Below the pieces are notes generated by a model that was given only the letters and a program-made list of their open reading frames with translations, was not told where the DNA came from and searched no databases. From Vitrella brassicaformis CCMP3155 (taxonomy: Eukaryota; Protista; Chromerida), in NCBI GenBank assembly GCA_001179505.1, contig CDMY01000149.1, positions 62,001-126,000 on the forward strand: 64,000 nucleotides of DNA, written 5' to 3'. Made by a program: the position numbers and the translations under genes. Shown in pieces: positions 1 to 10,475 of the stretch. Within the stretch, counting starts at the first letter, position 1. The number at the start of each line of letters is the position of its first letter.

Positions 1-1637
1 GTCGAGTCGGCCCTCTCGAAGGCCGACGCGTACATCTGCCGCGTCAATCCGGGCACCTATGAGGGCGTGACCAACTCGAAGCTCTTCGGCCTCCTCAGGG
101 ACGTGGCGGCCAAGGGCGTTGTCGCCATGTCGCACCCGGACGTCATGCAAAAGGTATGTAGGTGAATGAATAATACTTAAGTGCTTACGGAATTAGGTAG
201 GGGATGCGTGAGTGAATGTATGTAGTTATGTGTGGGTGTATGACTGCTGGCTGCACTCACTCACTGCAGATGGGGGCCAAGGACGCGCTGGTCAAGATCC
301 GCGATCTGTCTTGCGGTCTTCCGGACACCTACGCTTACTACGACATCCCCTCTTTCAAGGCCCAGTTCCCCAAGTCCATCGCCGAGCATCCAAGAGTCCT
401 CAAGGTGACTGAATGACTCACTCGTCGACTGACTGAACCACTGGCTGTCTCATCCACCCTTGACACACATCGCATCCATCGATGGCTGTCTTATGTATGC
501 ATGTCTCTGTGTCTCTGGCTGGCTGGCTGGGTGACGTGTGTGGTGTGTGGTGTGTGGTGTGTGGTNNNNNNNNNNNNNNNNNNNNNNNNNNNNNNNNNNN
601 NNNNNNNNNNNNNNNNNNNNNNNNNNNNNNNNNNNNNNNNNNNNNNNNNNNNNNNNNNNNNNNNNNNNNNNNNNNNNNNNNNNNNNNNNNNNNNNNNNNN
701 NNNNNNNNNNNNNNNNNNNNNNNNNNNNNNNNNNNNNNNNNNNNNNNNNNNNNNNNNNNNNNNNNNNNNNNNNNNNNNNNNNNNNNNNNNNNNNNNNNNN
801 NNNNNNNNNNNNNNNNNNNNNNNNNNNNNNNNNNNNNNNNNNNNNNNNNNNNNNNNNNNNNNNNNCGTGTGTGGTGTGTGGTGTGTGGTTTGTTTGCAGC
901 AAAACCGTGGTAGCCAGGGCGAGGGCATTTGGGTGTGCAAGCTGAAGGAAGGGCACAGCGGTCCGGTGACGGGAAGGACGATGCTGGATCTGCAGGAGGC
1001 GGTGGACAACCACAAGGAGGAGCGGACAGTGGACGACTTCATGACCTTCTGTGAGCAGTACATCGTGGGTGAGGACGGGCAGCTGATCGACCAGCGGTTT
1101 TTGCCGCGGATCGTGGAGGGAGAGGTGCGGGTCAACATGATATACGACACGCCGACCGAGATTGTGCACAAGAAGCCCAAGGCCGGAGGCATCAGTGCCA
1201 CCTTGAAGAGCGGTGCTCAATACATCAGCTACAAGCCCGACGACCCCTTGTTCGCCCCCCTCATGAAGAACTTCCTCCACAATGACTTGCCGCGCATCAT
1301 GAGCGTCCTGGGCATGGAGAAGGAGCCCATCCCGCTCATCTGGACCGCCGACTTCATCCTCGGCGACAAGACCAGCGACGGACTCGACTCATACGTCGTC
1401 GGCGAGTTCAACTGCAGCTGTGTCGGCATCACACAGCAGATGCACCTCGCACCTAGCGTCGCTAAGGGAGCCATCCGAATCATCCGAGAGCAAAAGGTGA
1501 AGAGCGGTCAGTTAGCTGCACCTCCATCTGTGCCAACGGCTCGCCCTGGGAGCCCCCTCTCACCCAAACACTTCAATGGCATGGGCGATTGGTTTTGGCA
1601 GGGAGTCAAGGCGGAAACCCAGAGCATCGGCAAATAA
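1..1637 (+). CDS. Cj0069-family (DUF6815-like) ATP-grasp protein, 5'-partial; visible exons 1-153, 270-404, 900-1637
   Basis: GT-AG splicing joins SHPDVMQK|MGAKDALVKIRDL..DTYAYYD..FPKS..RVLK|QNRGSQGEGIW..FLPRIVEGEVRV..IVHKKP..GGISATL..PLIWTADFILG..YVVGEFNCSCVGIT. I recognise these motifs from the bacterial Cj0069 family. Intron 2 contains an N gap. Confidence 0.8.
566..865. other. Scaffold gap (300 N) flanked by TGGTGTG tandem repeat
   Basis: Run of exactly 300 N inside an intron, with the same simple repeat on both sides. Confidence 0.98.
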
Positions 1638-2315
1638 CAAATGAATGACCGCCACCCCACGCCAGGCCCCTCCCGAATGAGACACACCGACCATTCGTGG
1701 GGGACCGACACTGTCGTGTGGGTTGCAATGCACCGTCGCACTGGTCTTTGACTGACAGACTGAGGCCGTCCGTCACTTTGTATGTAGGGGGGAGGGTATG
1801 AATTGGTCGACATGCATTGATTGCGCTTGGTCTGTCGTGGCTGCACCCCGGTTGCACCATGCGAGGCGTTTTCCCGTGCATTCGCATCATTTTTGGGGGC
1901 GAGTTTTGTGGGGACGTTCACCGTTCTCTGGGCCTACTGGGCTCGACTGTGGACTGGGGAATGAAGTGGGGGGCAGGGACTGCACGACGCAACGGACGTC
2001 AGCTCACGTGATATCAAGCATCCGTTGAGACGAGACACGTACAGACACGTAGCATCGTATCGGTCCATGCTGTCGTACTCAACGTCAACTCAACACGAGG
2101 CAAAAATTCACACTCCACTCACTCTTCTCGCATCTCTGTACAGTTAGTTGCCTATGTGCTCCTCGCGGGAACGAAAGACATGTCAACTCAAATGGGGCCG
2201 GCGCTCGTGGTCCTAGCACTTCATTCACCAGTCACAGACCACTGACTCTCGATTTAATCGGCCATCTGTACACCCACTGACCTCCCTCCCTCCCTCATCG
2301 TCATCTGCTCAAGGC

Positions 2316-4754
2316 TCACTCCATGACCTCGCCCTCCCCTTCGTCGTTAGGACCCATTTCTCCCGCCGTCAGCAGGCTGAGCCCCTCCATGCCCAGAGCA
2401 GCAAAACCCAGGTCGATCCCGGGGGCCTCGGGAATGTCCGAGAACATCTGGATCACACGGTGCAGGGCGTCGATGAAGCAGTCGATTTCTTGCCGAGTGT
2501 TGTAGACATAGAGCGAGGCCCGAATGCTGCCGGCGGCGCCCAGCAGGCGATGCAGTGGCTGAGTGCAGTGGTGGCCAGCCCTCACTGCAATGCCCTCTTG
2601 GTCCAGGAAGGTCGACAGGTCGGACGCGTGGATGTTGTCGTGATTGAAGGCCACAAGTGCAGCCCGCGAGTGGCCTTGTGCGATGGGGTCAGGGCCGTAC
2701 AGCCTCAAGTCAGGGATGTCACCAAGGCGACGGTACAAGTAACTCGACACGTCCTTCTCGTACTCGGCAATCTGACCGACGACACAGCCATAGATAGATA
2801 TTTACTGATATATTGGGTAATTGATTTCTCGTCGAGTGCGTACGTTGTCCATTCCCAGTTTGTTGAGGTAGTCCACAGCAGCGCCCAGGGCGACCGCCTG
2901 GGCAATGGGTGGCGTCCCAGCCTCGAAGCGAGACGGAGGGTCCAGGTACGTCGAGTGATCGAAATACACGTCCTGATGTGATGCATACATCCATACATCC
3001 ATCCATCCATTCATCCATTCAGCCCAATCAGCGAAGGACAGATGCGATGCAGGTCTGTTTGTTTGATACGCTGGCGTGGGCACGTGCTCCCTGACCTCAA
3101 TCATCTCGCCTCCCCCCATCCAAGGCGGCATGCTCTCGAGCACTTCATATTTGCCATACAGCACACCAATCCCAGTGGGCCCCATCATCTTGTGACCAGA
3201 CGCCACCAGCCAGTCGCAATCCAGGGCATTCACGTCGATCTGATGAATCAACAGCACAACGCGACATGGATAGACGGCATCAAGCGGGGCAACGCTCTTC
3301 CGGCCTAGCTAGCCTGATTGCCGAAGTGTGCCCATGCCTCTCTCTGTGTGTGTATGATAGTGTCTGTCTTTAGTGAGTGAGTACCTTCTTGTGGGGCACT
3401 GCCTGACAGGCATCGACGAGAACCTTGGCCCCAACAGCATGGCTCTGGCGGACGATCTCTGCGATAGGGTTGCTGCAGCCGAGAGTGTTGCTGACAGCCA
3501 CTATACCCACCATCTTGGTCCTGGGCGACAAGAGCGACTCGAACGAAGACATGTCCAAACACTCGTTCTCGTCCATCTGAACCCATGCAGCACAGAACCG
3601 CACAATATATATGGTGACAGATCGATCGTGTGGGAGAGCCATCCATCCATCCATCCACGACGGCAGAAAGGCCCCCTCCATTTGTGCTGACCTGTATGTA
3701 TTTGATAGTAGCTCCCTTCCTCTTGGCGAGGAGCTGCCATGGGACGATGTTGCTGTGATGCTCCATCACACTAAGAATGATCTCGTCGCCCTCACCGATG
3801 TTCGCCTCACTGAGCGGCACCAGCAGAAGGAAGGAAGACATCACGGTGACCATGTGCACTCCCCCCCTCCCTGCCTGTCTCTCTCTGTCTGTCTGTCTGC
3901 GGTCATTCCTTCATGTGGTTACCCACCCCCATGTTTGGGCGACAAGGTTAATCCCCTCGGTTGCACCTGACGTAAAGACTATCTCCTCTCGCCGCCGGGC
4001 GTTGAGAAAAGCAGCCACACTGGACCGAGCTGACTCGAACGCCTGACAACCCGACACCCCATTCTCTCTGCAATCCCTGTCATCCATTGGCCTCCCCGAC
4101 GAATACAAAGTCGGTCGATACAGACGTAAGGTACATACCTCAGTCGCCCTCAGGGCCAGTGTGTGCGCGCCTCGATGCACGTTCGAATGTTGGTGCTGGT
4201 AATACCTCTCAATGGCCTGAGTGGATGGACAACAAACACAACGTTTATCACAAAACATGTCCTTTCGTCCTTTGCCGCCAATCAATGCGGTGAAGCCTTT
4301 TCTTTCTTCCTACCTCTAGGACAGGCTTCGGCATGTGAGATGATGCTGCATTGTCGAAGTACACCAACGGCTTGCCGTCGATACGCTCATCCAATATCTA
4401 CACGACAGTACCAGGGAGAAGCAGCGAGAGATGACTGACAGCAATGACCACCCTTGTCGTCTTCCCTCTCTGTGTGCTGTGCCTTGATTTGATTGATCCG
4501 TCCGTTCTCACCGGAAAGTCTGAGCGCAGGGGACTGCCGAGAGTGGTAGATGTGGGCGCTGCTGCAACAAGACCTGCCAGTGGTGATGCATGGCAGGGCG
4601 TGTGGGACCGACTCCGCCACCTCCTCAACACATGGTTCGCTCGCAAGACGCGGGATGGGGAACCGACGAAGGCAGCACCGGCAGCCGAGATCAACAACCC
4701 ACAGAAAAGGGCTGTAGAGGTAGGAACCACCACAGTGGTCTGCATCACGGTCAT
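2316..4754 (-). CDS. sufS: Plastid-targeted SufS-type (group II) cysteine desulfurase, multi-exon
   Basis: Exons encode LRSDFP|[76 protein letters not shown] (PLP lysine), FEAGTPPIA and [11 protein letters not shown] (catalytic Cys). The N-terminus [35 protein letters not shown] is a signal peptide followed by an F-motif transit peptide. Confidence 0.95.
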
Positions 4755-6046
4755 CAGGCTTCGTGAAGATTCTTCAATCTAAGCTCGCACACGAGGACGA
4801 TCGGTGGTGCCTGAGAGCTGATTGTTCATCGGCATCGTTTGCAATGAATTCGTCGCTACACGCACACACATGAAAAAGCTTCCTCAGCACTGCAGTCATC
4901 ACAGTTCACACGTATGTACAAGACAAGTTGAGAGGTATCAATAGCAGCCTCCCCTTGTCCCCCCTCCCCTCCCTCCCCCCCCCCACCTCCCTCCGCACCC
5001 TCTCATAAGAGAGAGATGCCTTTATGGAGCACAAAATGCAAAATCATGCGTCACTACGTAAGAGCCAAAAATCATGCCGCCTGACTGACTTACACATTCA
5101 CGCAGTCATACACGTACACCGACCCCCTACACCCAACACACGAGGGACACCCCTGGTGCGTGTGTGGATGGCAAGCAGACTCAGCTACTTGCTTCCTTGC
5201 TGGCTACTCACTGCAACCACCGCTAGCTGTCTTTTAGAGCCTACCTGCCCACATACACATGTATGTCATGGATGGCATCCATCCATCCATCGTGTGCGCC
5301 AACTGCACCACGACATCGCTGAAGCACCGGCCTCGCACCCACCCAACACGCAGACAGACAGACAGACAGCCAGCCAGCCAGAAGTGCCCCACGGACAGGA
5401 AGTGCATTTGTACTTGACTTGATGGGTGCGTGAGTGCGTGCCGTTCTGTACATCAATCACACCACACAAGACACTACACCCATTCCCAACCCCCCCTGCA
5501 AAAGAAAGCAAGCAACGCAGTCAGTCGAAACCCCCCGGTGCCCTCGACTTGCTCTCTCGCTTTGATGCCTCTGCCTCCATTGCACTCTGTCCGTCATCAT
5601 AGAGTAAATGGCATATCGACACCCACCCACCCACCCACCACTTCTCCCGGCAGCACTGCCCCGCTCGGCAGCACTCACTGCCACAACCCATCCCACACAG
5701 TCAGTCACACTCACACGGACAAGCAAAACTGGATGGATGGATGCGTGGATCGATCACAATAATGCCGATGGAGGCAATGCAGGCGAGGGGGGCGAGAAAG
5801 CAACAGAGAGAATGAATGGAGAGAGAGGCAAGCAGAGACAAAAACTCAAAGTGAGGGCAGGACGGTTCTGGCGATACATAGAAGAGTGGGTAAGAGGGCC
5901 CGGCCCGCATGCAGGGATGCCAAAATCATCAGGACGTTACTTACAGACAGACATGTCAGTCAGATGCTACAGACATACACACTGCATGCAGGGGGGGGAC
6001 TTGACATATGCAGGCAGCTAGATGGTACCATCCATACGGACGTCAT

Positions 6047-8354
6047 TCAGTCTTGGCTGTCCTCGGCGGCCTCACTGGCCTGCTGTTTCCTCTTGCTGGG
6101 CCGCAACTGGATGTTGCTGGGCAGGTTCAGGTTCAGGCGAGGTTCAGGGCCGCCGGGCTCTGTCGCCTTCCTCTCGTCCCGCGGAGTGTTTTGTTTGTCC
6201 TCGATGTCAGCCATGATCTGTTGGGCCTCTGAAACTAGCTTGCTCCTCTCCCAAGGCCACAGAGGGCGACCCGGACCCTGCAGAGTAAGTGAACCAACCA
6301 ACACGACCGATGTGGCATGGCAACAACATCCATGTCCCACAGCAATACGTACGTACGTACGTACATACGTACCTGCGAGGCGTCTTGTCCCCTCGCCCTT
6401 GCCTCCCTTTCCCGCCGGTTCTTCTGCTGCACAGACACCACAAACAGGTATCAGGGGCATGAAGCATGCAGCGGTCACTCACGCTTGTGAGTGAGGCCAG
6501 TGCACTCAATGTCACCTGTTTCTTGTACATCGACTCGGCCGCTTGGAATACTGCCACACACACAGACGTAGCAACCAAGAGATGCAATGCAGTGAGTGTA
6601 CCGACTGTGTCTGTCGTGTGCAATGTCTGTCTGTCTGTCCTTGTCTGGCATGTGTCTGCCTGCGTATGTATCTATGGTGCCTGCCCGTCACGGCCCGCAT
6701 GGTATGGTTATGCTTACCATCGACCTGGAATCCCCCCCAGCCACTCCCCTGGAATATGCCAACCTCCACCCGGTCCTTGGATCTCGTCGCCTCCTCCAAG
6801 AAAGGGAGCAGGTACCCAGGTACCCTACACACACACACACACACACACACACGTACAGCAACGAGCGTAACTGCAGTCAGTCAACGGGGGGAAATGCAGT
6901 CATTGCAGCCAGCCAGGCTATGACGGACCAGTAGATGCAGTCGACTGGGCATGTGTCGATGGCATTTTGGATGTCGTCGCGCGATGCCCCGTCCTGATTG
7001 TACGCTCTCGCCCTGCCCCAAAGCTCCTCCATCTTGAAGACACCCGGCGCCCAGCCGTTGCAATTGGTACACCCTGCACAGACAGACAGACAGACCGCAC
7101 ACAAACGGCGCCACACCAAGTTTGTGAATTTGCTTCCCCCCCTCCTTGTTCGTTTCTGCATGAGGGTGACTGATGTACCAATACAGGTGAACTCGTCAAC
7201 AAAGACGACGTTGTCCCTGATGGCATTCATTCATTCATTGCCGAGTGTGGGGCCGACAGACAGACACAAGACAACCACGGATGGGATGGATGGACATACC
7301 ATACATGGATTCACTGACTGGCATCTCTATCTGCTAAGTATTGATTGCATTTGACCATGGACAGACAATGAATGTGTATGTGCGTACCTCTTCTCGAGGG
7401 CGTATTTTGCGTCCTCCCAGATGCCTCTGACACAAGGAGGAAGCCACGACCAAAGGGCACGTATACCGTCCATCCGTCCATCCATCCACTCACTCGTTAC
7501 ATTCAGGGACTCGTTCGCACCAAGTGCCTGTCGTCTGTCTGTCTGTCTGTCTGCGTGCCTTGGTTCCCTCCCTCCCTACCTTTTGTCTGGATGTGAGAGG
7601 ATGCTGTGTGCGACGCGAGCACGAGTCAACCTGCAGCACAGCACAGCACGTGCCGCAAACACACGCAGGCGCCTGTTGTGGTCTTTGCTGTGTGTGTGTG
7701 AAGCTTCATCTGTCTCTCCTCGGTTCGGTACCCACCTACCTTTGCCTGTTGTCGAATGAGTCGGGCAACTCACTCAGCCGCCACTTGAGGTCGGCCCACG
7801 CGCGCTCGACGTCGCTCTGCGGTGCGTCGATGGGCAGTCCAAGCTCCCCATAGAGATCCATAGACAACTCCTCGCGAGTGGGTGACCACGGGGGCAGCAT
7901 GTCAGCAGAGTCAGCAGAGGGAGGGAGAGGAGGACGAGACGAGTCAGACACTGCAAGCACAACCCATACAACCACACACGCCACGACCCACTCACTCACC
8001 CACTCCCTCCCACGCCAACAGCAGCCTGTGGATGGATGCCTGCCTATTTATCTCTGTGTGCGCCGTACGTACAGTACGCACCGTCAATGGAGGTAAGGGG
8101 TGATCGCTGGGAGTCGGCTCCTTGCAGCAGGCTGTGGCATCCCCTCCTCTTGACGTCCCACCTTGTCGGGCTCAGGAAGGAGGCCAGGCCGGTGCTCCTA
8201 CCCCGCCGATGTGCTGCCTGCAAACAGCAACGGGAACGCACCGCCACAGGCATTCCCGCACTCCAAGGTCTCCTCAGCATAACACACTTACCGTCTTGAT
8301 GCACAGCAAAACCAACAGCACACACGCCGCAACAGGCAGGATCCTCCCCTCCAT
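6047..8354 (-). CDS. DnaJ-ferredoxin (J-like domain + 4Fe-4S Fer domain) protein, probably plastid-targeted
   Basis: Spliced segments are MEGRILPVAACVLLVLLCIKT (signal), DLYGELGLPIDAPQSDVERAWADLKWRLSELPD..SILSHPDKR (J-like) and FVDEFTCIG|CTNCNGWAPGVFKMEELWGRARAYNQ..AIDTCPVDCIYW|VPGYLLPFLEE (DnaJ-Fer ferredoxin signature). The 3' end is the most parsimonious stop, and one internal junction near 7490-7540 is uncertain. Confidence 0.85.
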
Positions 8355-8649
8355 CCTTCAGCTGTGAGATCTGATCTGCAAGCACCAGACATCACATCAG
8401 CAAAAGCAAGCCAGATTTCCCTCGTTTGGATGGGAGTGGTCCCTGCAAGCTCTGACGTCCATCCCTCGCTCACCTCCTGCCCTCGCCCCGGCGAAAACAC
8501 TCCCAAATGCAAGCTCGCACCTGACATTCGTTCGTCGTTCAAGCCCCGTTACGTGAGAGGGAGAAGGTAAGACGATTAAAGGTTCCTGCTGATGCGATGT
8601 CTGGCGCTCTCAGATCTCCGGCCTCCGGTGAAAGATCCAGAGCTGTAGG

Positions 8650-10027
8650 ATGTTCTCTTGGTTTGGTGGGACGAAGGGGGAGGGGGAGTCCCCGCTGCCA
8701 ACCGCGCCCCCGCCAGCATCGAGCGAGTCGTCCCGTCTGCAGTCGCCGAGTGAAGGTGATGTGTTCGACGAAACGGAGGACCTGCAGTACCGCGGCACAA
8801 CGCCGTTCAGCGGGGGCCCCCGAGAATCCGGAGGCTACCACATGGCCTACAAGGACAGACCCAGACTCCAGAGCCAGGTGCAGTCCATTGTGTGTGCGCA
8901 TCTCCTACCATTCCCGTGTCATTCATTGATTCATTGATGTCTGTCTGTGCATGTGTGTGTCAGAGTCCTTACACTCACGACGTCATTTGGCAGCGGACCA
9001 AGAACCGCATTCCCTACTTCGAGATCCGAGAGGTTCTCGGTGAGTGAGCCGTCACGAGAAGCTTGTGCGTCGGCTACGACATGGCAACTGACGCTGACAA
9101 GACTTGCTTGATGGGTCCCTTGGTTGCGTTCTGTCTGTGTGCAGATCTAGAGTGCAAGGAGAAGGAGGCCGCCACTAAGATCTTCGCTAAGGAAGTGCGA
9201 GATATCTGCAGGTAGGCAGGCAGGCAGGCAAAAGGCGAGAGCGGCGCATTTGGCGTTCGTTATTCGGTTTGCTTGTTCTTTCTGATTGGTAGGGCCGAGA
9301 TAGACGAGTACATCGATTGCATGATCGATCGGCATTGGACTGTTCTGGCTTGCAAGCCGCTAGCCATCGACATGCGGAACTGCGTCCGGAAGTACGAGAC
9401 GCCAGAGGTGGGATCGACGGACGGACGGACCAACACTCACTTGTGTCGGTGAATGCCTGTTCGTTGGCTTGTTGGTGTGCGTGTAAATGAGTGCAGTACA
9501 TGCCTCGTCGCATCGATGAGATCATGCGCGAGAGGGAGAAACAGGGTAAGTAAGGAACCAACCAACAGAGAGAAGCCAGCGCCTTGGCTTGGACACTGAC
9601 TGACTGACTGACTGATGTGTGTGTGCTTGGTGTGCGTGTGCAGGTGAGGATATCATCAAGCGGCAGGATCGCATGAAATACAATCGATACTTCAACGAGT
9701 GAGGAACCATCCAACCCACCACACTCGTGCCTTCAGTCAGGGTCGTACGAGCACACGAGGTGCTGGTATCCTTCGGTCGGTTGCTGTTCGTGCCTCTTAT
9801 TTGTAGTTCGAATGGCGATGGCTGGTTGCCTCCTCGCCCCGGCAAACCCGAGACGGAGAGGATGCCATGGAAAAACCGCAACCAAGAGCCCACAGTCAGA
9901 CTCACTCACTCACTCACTCTTGATTCAGTCAGTGCACTCTGATACGCACGGCTCTGATGAGTGGTGTCTATGTGCGGGTGCGCTGGCCAGGTTTACAGGG
10001 ACAGGTCGCCCTCCGACGAAGATTTGA
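8650..10027 (+). CDS. Cmc1-like twin CX9C mitochondrial intermembrane-space protein, multi-exon; 3' end uncertain
   Basis: Splicing gives KEVRDIC|RAEIDEYIDCMIDRHWTVLACKPLAIDMRNCVRKYETPE, i.e. two C-x9-C motifs in a Cmc1-like context. Confidence 0.7.
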
Positions 10028-10475
10028 TGCACAACAGGTGCCCGCCAAGACGAGACAGACACGAAAACCAAAGGGCGCTTCTGTGCTGGCATGTCCGTTC
10101 AGATATCATCACTCGCCCCTGGAGCCATCGTAGGTAGTGTCGGCAGGTGTCACTCACCTAGCAAGTCGACCGTGTGTGTTTTTTCTCGGTATGCGAGAAA
10201 GCCAGACTTGTTGCTAGTACCTACTTGTTACCTACTTGTGTGCCCAAGGGGAACAAGTTGATTGCAATGCATTCAAGTTGGACTGTACAGACAGACACAG
10301 CAAACGCGCACTCATGTGAAACAAATAACGACCAGTGCAAGCTGCAAACACACGTGTGCAGTGCAGGGACCCGTGTGCACGGTCAGATCAGCATACTATG
10401 CATACCCACGGTGCTGTTCGGGGCTTGGCTTGTATGCCAAAGATAGGTTAACAAGTTGCGTGGAGGCAATTTGGA

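Noticed and set aside
450-1280. Long ORFs containing X runs (also around 14.6-17.2, 45.2-45.9 and 47.9-48.6 kb)
   Set aside because: They are artefacts of translating through N gaps.
1-1637. Bacterial contamination as the source of the Cj0069-like gene
   Set aside because: It has spliceosomal introns with host-type microsatellites and is contiguous with eukaryotic genes.
5185-6040. Extra exon-like pieces downstream of the DnaJ-Fer stop
   Set aside because: I could not join them in frame past the TGA at 6047; they are left as UTR or unresolved.
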